From contig OX638160.1 of NCBI GenBank assembly GCA_951804945.1, positions 40,176,001 through 40,240,000 of the forward strand: a DNA stretch of 64,000 bases, written 5' to 3'. The position numbers were made by a program, and so were the translations under genes. The stretch comes from Podarcis cretensis. Lineage: Eukaryota. Below the pieces are notes generated by a model. That model did no database searches. It was given only the letters and a program-made list of their open reading frames with translations, and was not told where the DNA came from. Numbering within the stretch: position 1 is the stretch's first letter; each line of letters starts with the position of its first letter. Positions 48,430-60,819 of this stretch are shown here, in pieces.

Positions 48430-48784
48430 GGGATGCAGGTGGTGCTGTGGGTTAAACCACAGAGCCTAGGACTTGCCGATCAGAAGGTCGGCGGTTCGAA
48501 TCTCCGTGACGGGATGAGCTCCCGTTGCTCGGTCCCTGCTCCTGCCAACCTAGCAGTTCAAAAGTATGTCAAAGTGCAAGTAGATAAATAGGTACCGCTC
48601 CAGCGAGAAGGTAAACGGCGTTTCCGTGCGCTGCTCTGGTTCGCCAGAAGCGGCTTAGTCATGCTGGCCACATGACCCGGAAGCTGTATGCTGGCTCCCT
48701 CGTCCAATAAAGCAAGATGAGCGCCGCAAACCCAGAGTCGGTCACGACTGGACCTAATGGTCAGGGGTCCCTTTACCTTTACTT
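48430..48784 (+). mobile_element. Sauria SINE, full length
   Basis: 14-bp TSD TACCTCAACCAAGA (48415-48428, 48785-48798). Confidence 0.95.
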
Positions 48785-49841
48785 TACCTCAACCAAGAGT
48801 TGGTTGGCTGCATGGAAGTGAGGACATGGTGCATGCAACCTAGGCAGGATTAGACTCACCTGTGTTTCACAGCCAGGGAGGAGGTACCATGTCTACTCCT
48901 GTTTCAAGGGATTCCCTCACAGCTGGTCAGGTTTTTCTACAGATCTCTGTTAGTTAAGTGAAATAGAGCTGCGGTTCTAAGCTCACCCGTCACTTGTGTC
49001 ACATCCCTTTACTCCAGTTTGTGGGTGCAACTTGCATACTGCTTTGAGTGCCAGAAAAAAGAGTGATATATAAATATTTTGAAGAAATGAAGGAAGAAAA
49101 GTGAAATGACTTATAAAATAGTCTCATTGAGGCAGCAATCCTATGTACACTTACCTGTGATAAATTCACATTTTGGGAAAGGGGAGAAAATCAAGTTTAG
49201 TTAGGATTTTTAATTCAAACCTACCTAATTTGCAATTTCCGAAACAACATGTGACCCGAAATGCAGCCATATATGCTACTTTTCAGGATTTTGTGATGGA
49301 GTTTCCTAACCAAATAATGTGCACACAAATGTGTATATTAGGAAGGAGGTTGCATAAAATGCACACGTTAATGAAAATAACATGCAAAGGCATTACAAAG
49401 GGGGAAATTGCTGGTAAAAATATGAATATGAGGCAAATCACATTCAAGGATACATAGATTAGGATGAATTTGGGGTGGTGAATTTTCATAAGGATTAAAA
49501 AAATCATGAACAGGTTCAGGAATGTACAGAATTGAATCTAAGAAATAGGTCCATCCTTGGTCTCACTGAAATCAATTGGACTTATGTCTGAGTAGAAATG
49601 TATAAGGTTGTGCTGTAAGGCAATAAAGAATATCCAGAATCACTGGCATGAATATGGTCTTTGCAAGAAACTATGGAAATGCAAATGATACAAAGAAAGC
49701 CCTTATGCGATTCATATTGATATTTGGGAGCAACCTGTGGCCTCATCCATTTAGGACTCATTTGAATGAATTTATTATTTCAGTCACACATCAGTTCCAA
49801 CTGATACATTTGAATTTGCAGTTAGGCATAACAGGGACAAT

Positions 49842-50176
49842 GGGACGTGGGTGGCACTGTGGGTTAAACCACAGAGCCTACGACTTGCTGATCAGAAGGT
49901 TGGCAGTTCGAATCCCCGCAACAGGGTGAGCTCCCGTTGCTTGGTCCCTGCTCCTGCCAACCTAGCAGTTTGAAAGCACATCAAAGTGCAAGTAGATAAA
50001 TAGGTACCGCTCTGGCGGGAAGGTGCGCTGCTCTGGTTCGCCTGAAGTGGCTTAGTCATGCTGGCCACATGACCCAGAAGCTGTACGCTGGCTCCCTCGG
50101 CCAATAAAGCGAGATGAGAGCCGCAACCCCAGAGTCGGTCATGACTGGACCTAATGGGGTCCCTTTACCTTTACCT
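49842..50176 (+). mobile_element. Sauria SINE
   Basis: 14-bp TSD ATAACAGGGACAAT (49828-49841, 50177-50190). Confidence 0.95.
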
Positions 50177-51263
50177 ATAACAGGGACAATACAGATATAT
50201 CAACAGTTAAAAAATATTTAAATTAAAACTTAGTCACTAACATATAACCTAAAATTATCATTTAAAACATTAATCATTATGATAGCACATCTTGCTCCCT
50301 AAGTTTTATGGCAATTGCACAGAATTTGGCTACCCTTAACTCATTTGGAAGCCTGATCTCACTTGCCAATAACACCTTTTGAGTTATTATTGACTGTGAG
50401 GTGCCCCCCAAGGCAGCTGCTGTATCGAATTATTTGTTAGGTTTTGTTGAAGCTGCTCAGCTCTAAACATCGTGCATGAAAAGGCCCAGGCATCTGACAA
50501 AAGGAAGTTGAAAAAGAATAATAATTAAAAAAGAAACAACACCTCTCAAATGAGTCATGGAATTATAACTAAAAGCAGCCATTGCAGTTTGAGACACCTG
50601 GAAGAATAAAAATGGAGTTGAACCTGGCTTACCAGTTTGACCTGTTAGACAGACAAAAACTAGTAAAAGCTCAAGAGTCAAACTTCACCTGTACATGGAG
50701 CCTCACCTTCAAAGAGGTATACTGTGTCTCCATCTACTGGTCAGCAGCATAGTCCTCTGGTGAATGAAGGACCTGGGAATGCAAGCTTAAAGCGGCATAA
50801 ATTTTTCATCAGGTCCTTCGCTATCGGTAACAATCCATCTGAAGACATTGTCACCAAAAGCACCTTCTAGAGAAATGCAGAGGGAAAGGACCAAGACTTT
50901 ACAGCGAAGAACACACACAAAGCTTTTATGAGTCACCTTTAAAGAATGGTTCATAAGCCTCAGTGTAGTATATTTCCTAAAAAGAAAGAAAAATGAAGCA
51001 AGCATAGGGAGACGGGCAGCAGCCAGTCTGAAGAATCAGGTTAGGGACACTGTGTTCAGCTGCAGAACACATGCATTGCATGGAAAAGGTACTATTAGTT
51101 TTTACATTTTTTAAAATACTACATTTAAATTCTCTGGTGCATTTTTATGGGAGCAAAGTACACAAAGTCTTTACAGTTATTAACATCTGCTAGCAATGCT
51201 TATTTAGCAACAACCACCACCAAATTATTAGGGCCATTTGGACACTTTTAATAAAGGCAGATA

Positions 51264-51492
51264 CAGTGGTACTTCAGTTTACGAACTTAATCCTTTCCGG
51301 AAGTCTGTTCTTAAACCGAAACCATTCTTAAACCGAGGTGCGCTTTCCCTAATGAGGCCTCCTGTTGCTGATGTCCTTCCACTGTTCGGATTCTGTTCTT
51401 AGACCAAGGTAAAGTTCTCAAACCAGGACACTATTTCCGGTTTTGCAGAGTTCATTCTTAAACAGGACTGTTCTTAAACCAAGGTACCACTG
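51264..51492. mobile_element. Tc1/pogo-like MITE, diverged relative of family A
   Basis: TA-CAGTGGTAC...GGTACCACTG-TA. Confidence 0.85.
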
Positions 51493-53092
51493 TAGTGAAA
51501 ATGAATTGCATGAAGGCCTGTGACCACCCTGTCATGGCCAGGGCTTTTTATTCAGATCAGTCATTCCATTTATATCCTGCTCCTCCTCCCAAAGGAGCCT
51601 GGGGTTCTGGGTTCCCTTGCTAATCTGTGTAAAGCACATATGCCTGCCTGCCTGCTTGTCACAGAGGCTCCTAGTAGCCCATAGGACCCATAGTAACCCA
51701 AGTGCTGTTGTGCTCATGTTCAGCTTGTAGACTTCCCACAGGATCTTCCCATAGTCAGCCACTGTGAGACCAGGATGTGGGGCTAGCTGAGCCACTGGCC
51801 TGACCCAGGAGGCTCGCCTTATGTTCTTAAACTTTGGGATTAATGCTGCCAAAGACAATTGTAACTTCTGACAGGGGTTGCCAACCTGGTGCCTGCGGGC
51901 ACACATGTGCCCAAAGAGGCCTTTCCTGGTACCCACAGGGCCACCTCCCCCCTGTAATTCTATTGTAGCCACTGGAATAGGTTGTAGTGTGTGCCTTGTT
52001 GCTGTGTATGGGCCGTATCTGATGCTAGTTCTACTAAGAGCAGACCCAGTGAAATTAATGAAGATGACTAACTTAGGTTTGCTAATTTTAATGGGTCGGA
52101 CTAGCATTGGATACAGCCCAGTGTGATACCCATAACTGTTTCTCTGGTTTGCAGAATGGCCTACTGGCTAAATCAGATTGGTGGCCTCTGGGTTATGATG
52201 ACCAATTCATTGGACCACAGTGAGTGGATAGTGAGAGTGCCATGAGGCACTATCAGTGCAAAAATTTGTGCACTGAGCTGGATAAACCTGGGTTTTGGTA
52301 ACTTTTCTTAAATGCTGGAGTTGAGGCATGGTTAATAACTGTGAAAAAAAAATATAGTCAGAATGGTCTTCCTTGAGCTGTCAAACAGTTTCTGATTAAC
52401 GGCAAAACTATATTTGCAACCCATTATCTTAGATTATTTTTTGAACGAGAGTTGCTGCTAAAGCAAAGCTAATCTGAACTGAATTAGATTATTATTGGAG
52501 CCCTTATGAATGGGGATTTTAAATTATTCTGCATTGTGGTGAAATTACAATACATTATCGGGATATTGAAAGCAGTTGGTAGCACAATGATAAAGCAATA
52601 CTTTTCCATATTACTGGTTGGTGTCATGTTAAATCTTTGTTTTTTGCACATCATTGGTTTCTGGTCAATTGGCCTAATGAAATATTTCAATACTTTATAA
52701 AGATTTCATATTACCAGGATCTTGACAGTTTGTTCAAGAAACAACAGAACCATTTACTAAAATTAATAGAATCATAATAATTAGGAACATGGGATGCTGA
52801 CTTATACCAGATCAGACTGACTGCTTTCACCTCTGACCCCTCCAGGGTCTCTGGCAGAATTTTTGCCCATCACCTGAGCCTTTTAATTGGAGATATCACA
52901 GATTAAACTTGAGAACTTCTGCCTCTAAAGCATGCACTCTAAAACTGATCTGTGGGCCCCTCCAAAGCTTTGGATGATGTGTTGCATTCAAAGAGATGGC
53001 TATACCATTGTTCTTTTGCTAGAGATGCACATTTAAGCCATGATGAATAGAATATAGTAATCTGGAACAACCTGGAACAATCTACAGCATTT

Positions 53093-53477
53093 GTTGTTGT
53101 TTAGTCATTTAGTCATGTCCGACTCTTCATGACCCCATGAACCAGAGCACGCCAGGCACTTCTGTCTTCCACTGCCTCCCGCAGTTTGGTCAAACTCATG
53201 CTGGTAGCTTCGAAGACACTATCCAACCATCTCGTCCTCTGCCGTCCCCTTCTCCTTGTGCTCTCCATCTTTCCCAACATCAGGGTAGTCTTCTCTTCTC
53301 ATGAGGTGGCCAAAGTATTGGAGCCTCAGCTTCAGGATCTATCCTTCCAGTGAGCACCCAGGGCTAATTTCCTTCAGAATGGATAGGTTTGATCTTCTTG
53401 CAGTCCATGGGACTCTCAAAAGTCTCCTCCAGCACCATAATTCAAAAGCATCAATTCTTCGGTGATCAGCATTTAGA
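53093..53477 (-). mobile_element. BovB (RTE) LINE 3' fragment
   Basis: Matches the other BovB copies. 11-bp TSD CTACAGCATTT (53082-53092, 53478-53488). Confidence 0.93.
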
Positions 53478-53662
53478 CTACAGCATTTAGACTAAATCAA
53501 ATTCTACTGAAGAAGGGCTCTTGCTCAGCTTTCTGTGGAAGGAGGGGTAAGTCTGGGTGATGGGATGGACCAGCTATGAGGACGCAGTAGCAGCATGTGG
53601 CTTAAAGGCCAGCTGATTGGCAATGAGCTTGTTGTATGCCCATACCCTTCAGGCTTCCCTAG

Positions 53663-53967
53663 TGTCAGGGACACGCCCAGCAGAGAGGAATCTCCAGAGG
53701 AGGAGGAATTGGCTGCACCTGAGTCACCAAAAAGTAGGAGGCAAAGCAAGCGATTAGAGCAGAGGCAGGCCAGCAGGAGGCAGGGAAGGACGTGGCATAT
53801 ATCTGGCCTTGGGAGGGGTCAGAAGCCAGTCGAGTCAACTGACTCCGACGGCGAAGGATGAGTTGTGGAAGCTTGGACTGCCATAAGCCTGTTATTGAGA
53901 AATAAACCTCAGCTACTTAAACTGCCAGCGTTCCGTGTCTTGTGTGGGAGAAGTGCTAAACCTGCCA
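53663..53967 (+). mobile_element. solo LTR (305 bp, Ty3/Gypsy-like) with 65-codon open frame
   Basis: TGTCA...TGCCA, 5-bp TSD CCTAG (53658-53662, 53968-53972) and AATAAA at 53901. Confidence 0.88.
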
Positions 53968-53971
53968 CCTA

Positions 53972-54356
53972 GGGACGCGGGAGGCGCTGTGGTCTAAACC
54001 ACTGAGCCTCTTGGGCTTGCCAGTTGGAAGGTTGGCAGTTTGAATCTCCGGGATGGAGTGAGCTCCTGTTGCTCTGTCCCAGCTCCTCCCAACCTAGCAG
54101 TTCGAAAGCACGCCAGTGCAAGTAGATAAATAGGTACTGCTGTGGAAGAAGGTAAACAGTGTTTCTGTGTGCTCTGGCTTCCATCACGGTGTCCCTTTGT
54201 GCCAGAAGCGGTTTAGTCATGCTGGCCACATGTCCCGGAAAGCTTTCTGTGGACAAATGCCAGCTCCCTCGGCCTGAAGTAAGATGAGTGCCGCAACCCC
54301 ATAGTCGCCTTTGACTGGACTTAACTGTCCAGGGGTCCTTTACCTTTACCTTTTTA
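53972..54356 (+). mobile_element. Sauria SINE, full length
   Basis: 16-bp TSD CCTTCAGGCTTCCCTA (53646-53661, 54357-54372). The left copy is separated from the SINE by the LTR. Confidence 0.95.
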
Positions 54357-55507
54357 CCTTCAGGCTTCCCTATTGTTGTGGCGCCTCCTTGTGCAGATAC
54401 AATGCAAGGACCACCCATAGAACTCATTGAGTTGATCATCCACCTTATCTCTGTCTTCATCCAAGTTTGATGTTTTTTCACTGGGACTGAGAATTAGGCA
54501 CCCCAGCATCTTCCAGGTTTCTTGCAAAAACACACAGACAAAACCAGCACAATCAACCACTCTGTGAGAAGGATTCCAGGGCTGAGAGAGGGAGGTGGGC
54601 AGGCCAAGGCCACCTCAGGGTCTGACCCAGATAAACTATCTGCTCACCACCCAGCACCAACAGTGGGTGATCTACTGTTAACCATCGTGTGGGAAGGATC
54701 TTCACATATTTTTCAATGCTAATAATTTTATTAATGAACATGCCAGGGAGAGAGTGGGGCCATGGATATTACCACCCTTAGATACCTTTCTGCTGACCTC
54801 TGCAATATTTTTTCCTATGGATTTTGAGAGATTGCGGCTTTTGCAAATAAAAATAAATACAAGGGTGCCTGGTATCTACTCTGCCAAAATTAGTTCATTT
54901 TGACTGTGGAAACAAAGAAGATACAATTATCAATTATTGTGTCTTTTCGCAAAATGCTCATGATGCTTAGAAGACTATTTAATCCGCAAATCTTTCACTT
55001 ACCCAACCCTCCCTTTGCTCTAGCCTATGGAAAACACATGTCAAATACAAAGAAGCATTATGAATGCTGTTTGTTTCACATCACAATTACCTTGCAAGTA
55101 AGTATGGTAATGTCTTCTTCTAAGCCTTTCCTCTCCTTTTTAAAATAAGTGAGTTGCTCAGGATGTCTGAAGTCATAAGATATGAATACAAAACTTCTTA
55201 GCACATCAAACCGTGGCAAAACCCCCCCACACATTTGAAATTCCATTGCGAATACCAGTCTAGGTTCCCTATAATTTAATAACTATACTAAGCAATGTCT
55301 TTGATCTTAGTGTTTAAATGTCTCTGAAGAAAATGTTGCTTAGTTGGGATCTTTTTATCTATTCTTGAAGCTGTTCTTTGTTTTTCTGCTCATGCTGCAA
55401 GACAGGTTTCACGTGATTTTGGATAAGGCATATGGATGCCTGATCTCTGCTTTCCCCAAAGGTTGCTAGACAACATGACACCACCCCACACTGTTCAGCT
55501 CCCCTTA

Positions 55508-55872
55508 AAGGTAAAGGTAAAGGTACCCCTGCCCGTACGGGCCAGTCTTGACAGACTCTGGGGTTGTGCGCCCATCTCACTTAAGAGGCCAGGGGCCAGC
55601 GCTGTCTGGAGACACTTCCGGGTCACGTGGCCAGCGTGACATCGCTGCTCTGGCCAGAGCCAGAGCCGCACACGGAAACGCCGTTTACCTTCCCGCTGGT
55701 AAGCGGTCCCTATTTATCTACTTGCACCCGGAGGTGCTTTTGAACTGCTAGGTTGGCAGGCGCTGGGACCGAGCAGCGGGAGCGCACCCCGCCGCAGGGA
55801 TTCGAACCGCCGACCTTTCGATCGGCAAGCCCTAGGCGCTGAGGCTTTAACCCACAGCGCCACCTGCGTCCC
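55508..55872 (-). mobile_element. Sauria SINE, distinct CpG-rich (young) subfamily
   Basis: 13-bp TSD TCAGCTCCCCTTA (55495-55507, 55873-55885). The 3' segment differs (ggtacccctgcccgtacgggccagtcttgacagactct on plus). Confidence 0.93.
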
Positions 55873-58800
55873 TCAGCTCCCCTTAGCTATCTCTAACTGG
55901 CCTTAAATCTGAATGGGGCAATGCTAGGCTTGTAATGTCTGAGACCCCTTGGTTTTACAGAAACAAAGCTCCTGGAAACCTACTCCAGAGGGCCAGGACA
56001 ATCTTAGGGAAGGTCATCAGAGATAGATGGAATTAAGGAGGGGAAATAAGGAGGATATTTTTATTACATGATGCTCACGAGTCAGGCAGAAGGCTGACTC
56101 TGAAGCTAATGGTGTGGCTTCAGAAACCAGTACCTGTTGAAAATCTCCCAGGTCACTCTTAATGACCTTAAAGTAGGCATTCTTAAACAAAGAAACTTCA
56201 CTGGGGAACTCCATTGTGAAACTGCTGAATTACACCGTAACAAGTTGCTCATTTTGTGGGATTCATCCAATTGCTACTGTGTTTGTTTTGCTTCCTGCTG
56301 GCATGTGGAGCAAGCAACTACATAAGAGGGGGGACTCAGGTGAATGGGATGGTGAGGGCAGGGTATGGCAGCCCTTTCTTGTTTCGGCTGCATGCCACAT
56401 ATAGCAAAGTTTATTCCAATGCCCGGCACATGGGGGCGGGAGGTGGGGAGCCCAGTTCAGAGGCATCATTGTCATCTCCTTTCCCCTTTATTTCATTATT
56501 ATTATCACCATCTCCTTATACACTCCTAATTTTGCTATTGTTGTATTTCTATAGGTGAACAAATAGCGTTCCCCCAAAGGGTTGCACATAGGGCCTCACA
56601 AACCATAAATCTGCCAATGGAGATCAGTGTTGTAAATACGCCTGCTGTGACTGATCAGGATGGGGGAAGGAAGAGCAAAGCTATACATCTCATCCTATAC
56701 AGAATGGAAACGCAATGAGCAAAGGACCACTTCCTGGCTGCTGGAGGGAGGCAGCGGTTGTGGTCTGGTGAAGCCATGGCACTACCAGCTTAGTCTTGTT
56801 TGTGATTGCAGCCAGTTGGGTGGTTGTTAAGGCCTTTGGGTTGGATTCTTAGTCAAGGTGGATATAGGTTGGTTGGGAGCGGCCCCTCCACCCCGGTCCA
56901 AGGAATCAGGGTATCCCATTAAGGGGATCCATGGGGAGGTGCTTCTGTACAGATGCCCAGATGAGGGCTGATGGGTCACAGCACTCCTTTAACCTTGGTT
57001 AACCCTGCCAGATAATCAATCAGCAGTGGGTTGGTTGATACTGGACACACGCCCAATGCCTACGCCAAACCAGCTGACATTGGTAATCAAGAAAGTAGTA
57101 GCCTCTGTTACCCCAGAATAGTTGTATGGTGTTCACTGCAACTTCACCATGCCTTAGCCCCACTGCCCACAGCTTTGCTGCACCTGGAGCAGCAAGCAAA
57201 TTTCTTAAGAAAAGGGTAGTGTGAATTGTAGAGCTTTGGAACACAACTGCGTTCTTTTTAAAAAATTTCCAGTATTCAAACATGGATAATTAACACTGTT
57301 GTAGACTGATGTGTCTAAATGTTCAGCACTCACTAAATCACAGCATTTATATTCAGTGTTTAAATGGCCTACAAGTGTCACAGCAGAGAGGTCTTTAGAT
57401 CAAATGCTCAGCAGTATCCTGACCAGAGTAATGAATAAACACTTACTGAATACTGAAATATGAGTCCAGCATGCCAGTCTCTAGTGCAGTCTCAAATTTG
57501 ACCAAACCTAATTAATTAAGTATAATTAATTGTAAAGAACAAAAGTGTTGATTTCCCCCATATTGTTTCTTCTTTGGTGTGGTAATGACTGTGTGGCTGA
57601 GTGGGCTGCTAATTATATATTGACTCAGAAGTCTTCAATATAATCTCTGATTATTCAGTTTTCCATTTTATTTTTACAGCACATCAAAGTGGAATTGCAC
57701 TATCTGGCACTTAGAAATTCAGCATCAGTAAATGGATGTGAACATGATAGGTTTATTAATAGGTGTAAGGTCACATTCACATTATTATAATAATTCAAAT
57801 CTAACAACATAAAAAGTATTATAATGAACAGTTCTGATGTCACACTTCAGATTTTACTGCCCTTAATCAGTTTGTTCATATATTTAAACTGAACCTATTT
57901 AATGTGTTGAAGTATTACAACTTAGGTCATGATTATGCAGTACATTTCCCCTCCATTATAGCATTGTATCAATGACAGAGCAGGCTTGTTCAGGTGCTGT
58001 GAATGGGGAAAGAGTCAGTGTAGGAAGGGGGGGGGGGAGTTCGACAAGCCCCACCCACTCCACCCTTCACACATTGGTAAACAGGCCTGCACATGAAGAC
58101 TTTTTGTACAAGAAAAAGTATACAACGTAACATAATCACACAGCTTGTGAGTACTTAGGGGCTATGACAGGTCAACATGTGCAGATTGGGGGAAAGCCAG
58201 TGGCTGTGACCCTATTCTCTCTTTCCTGCACTGTCTGCAAGCATGTGCTTAGGATTTTTCTATGAAGGCAATGGAGCTTTGTTCAGTCCCATTCACTAGC
58301 TCATGCCCACAGTTTTACACAGTCATACTTAAATTTAGACACATGCATAAATGCTGTATGTTGCTATATGGATCTCTGATTATTTAAGTGTTATATTTAA
58401 TTTCCCACTTGGTGCCTAGCTGAGGCAAAATGAGTGCATCCCATAAGAAAATGAGCCTCTTCTGAAACTAGTCTATGAAAACTTATGGAACGCACACACA
58501 ATCATATAGACATTTATTAGGGTCATACAATGGCTCTATGCTGGGGCTTAATAATGAGGTGAATGGGGGTCATTTTATTTCTACCTGATTCAGACCACAC
58601 ACCTAGTTGAATCCTCAGGTTGCTTGGATTTTCTGTACTCTACTTTTCTGTGTACTGCTTCTCTATGTTTTTCTATGTCTCTGCGGCCATGGGCTTTGCA
58701 AGAAGTGAGGCTGTCTACATGCTGCCTTTGGAGTGCTGATGAGTTCTGTGTTATTACTACTTCTGTTTAAGCAGAGCAGGGGAGGATTTTTGGTTTTGTT

Positions 58801-59874
58801 TTTTTTAAATGCTGTGGCTGTAGAGAACAATACAGGAGAGGCATGTTTTGTTGCAGCTGGGGCACATGAAGGCGTCTGGGTGTGTAGATGAAGCAAGTGC
58901 ACCATGGCATGTCTTCTCTCTGGGTATACATAGATACATACAGTACCGAAGTGAGAAAAGGCTTCATGCAATTTGTTTAAATGTTGCAATAAAACTTTTC
59001 ATTCTAACAGGGTGCATTTCTTGGAAACAAGAACTATTGAGTGTCAATTTATTTTGTGTTCTACCACCACCCACAGTCTCCACAATCCTTGGGGAGAGGC
59101 AAACAATGAAAACTCACAAGCAACTCTCTCTTAATGGAAGCTTTGAGGCAAGGTATCAGAATGAACTCAGTGACCCAGGTTTTACCTCCAGTGGCATGTT
59201 TCCAACTTCTCAGTGAGACTTGCATTCACCTGTAGCAAAAATAAAATTAACACCAGACCAAAAAGCCAAGGAGCGACTAAGAGAATCACCAGGAGAGAAA
59301 TGAATTTAGACTTTAAAACCCAAGCAGTCCCCAAAGTGTCTAACAATCCAAAATGCCAAGCAAAACAAATGTATTAACAATGCTCCCGTTACTCACAATA
59401 ACAGAACAGCAGCTTTAATAATAAAAAGCAACCACTCCCTAGTTACTTAAAAGTGAGAGACAGGAAACAAAACTTGAAAGAGTCACACAGAATTGGGATA
59501 AGTTTATTTGATTATTTTCAGAGAGGTAACCATGTTGCAGTGAAAACATGAAAGAGTCTTGTGGCACCTTAAAAACTATCAGTCTGCAGTGTTGTTTTAT
59601 TTAAAGAGCATCCTGTCTATCTAGGGAGCAGGCTAGAGATCAGGTCTCCAACTGTGGTTTGTGGGGAGATGGGGCTAACTTGATTTTAACTGGGACTGTT
59701 GCGTGAGAGGGAAGTGTTAAATCCCCCTCACTATGTGCCAAGGTCCCAGTCCATTTTGGGATAAAATAGGTCACAACTGTATTGATTACAGATGTCAGCA
59801 GGTTTTGGTGTAGGCATTGGGTGTGTGTTCAGTATCAACCACTGCACTCTATGCAGTGGAACAGACTCACTTGG

Positions 59875-59977
59875 ATGGAGGTTCTCCTTCATTGGAGGTT
59901 TTTAAGCAGAGGTTGGATGGCCATCTGTCATGGATGCTTTAGCTGAGATTCCTTCCAACTCCACAATTCTATGATTT
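59875..59977 (+). mobile_element. CR1 3' UTR fragment
   Basis: tccttcattggaggtttttaagcagaggttggatggccatctgtc...acaattctatgatt. Confidence 0.8.
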
Positions 59978-60030
59978 TGTGATTCCTGAATGGCGGCCCT
60001 GTGCTGCTATTGGATATATTTTTTTTAAGC

Positions 60031-60368
60031 TGTTATGTACTGAGTTGAATAGGATCCAAAATGCAGCAGTCTGATTGGTCCTAGAACAATAGGATTCAGA
60101 ATGCAGCAGTCTGATTGGTCCTAGAACAATAGGACCCAGAATGCAGCAGTCTGATTGATCCACAGCAGCCACCCAATCCAGCTCCAGGTGGAAGTGAATC
60201 CGCAACCTGATTGGCTTACAGGAGAATCCCGGAATTAGCCAATCATGTGGGGCCCATTGTGCAAATAATGTGTATAAAGCAGACATTCTGGGGGAACTTC
60301 CATTCCTCCTCACCACTATGAGCTGAATAAAGAGCATGAAATCCACTCTTGACCCCGAGTGTATTTCA
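60031..60368 (+). mobile_element. solo LTR (338 bp) with three 40-bp tandem units
   Basis: TG...CA, flanks TAAGC / AAAGC (4/5), atgcagcagtctgattg at 60061, 60101 and 60141, TATAAA at 60273 and AATAAA at 60326. Confidence 0.85.
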
Positions 60369-60411
60369 AAAGCCAGTTGTACTGCTTCAGTTGCCATTCT
60401 TTTTACAGTGT

Positions 60412-60819
60412 TGTCACGGTCTGGTTTATAGGCGGTCGAAGTCCTGGCTGAGGACGTTGGGACCGGGGGAAAGATGGTGGGGTGGGAGCAGGAACGGGAG
60501 TCCGGAAGTCAGGAAGCCAAGGGTCCAAGGTTCAGGAAACCAGGAGCCAAGGGTCTGAGGATCAGGAAGCAAGGAGTCAAGAAGCCAAGGGTTTGAGGAT
60601 CTGGAAGCAAGGAGCCAAATGCAGCAAGGCAGGAAGCGTGTTGCTGTGGCAAAGAGCCAAAGGGAAATGCTGACCTTATATCCCTTCCCGGCTCTTGCCA
60701 CCAGGTACTGTGAGTTACCAATCAGCCGCGCATTGCCTCTTCAGAACAAACTTAGGAAAGCCCCAGTCCTTCGAAGCCCTACCGGTCATAGGACCTGGCT
60801 CCTGCATGCGCTCCTGACA
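60412..60819 (-). mobile_element. solo LTR (408 bp, Ty3/Gypsy-like)
   Basis: TGTCA...TGACA, 5-bp TSD AGTGT (60407-60411, 60820-60824), TATA-like gatataag on the minus strand, and internal repeats gagccaagggt...ggaagca. Confidence 0.88.

Noticed and set aside
53508-53535. CTGAAGA-gggc-tctt-gctc-agct as a second hammerhead
   Set aside because: The GAAA core is absent and there is no stem I.
60050-60160. Regularly spaced repeats resembling a CRISPR array
   Set aside because: These are contiguous tandem units without unique spacers, inside an LTR in a eukaryotic genome.
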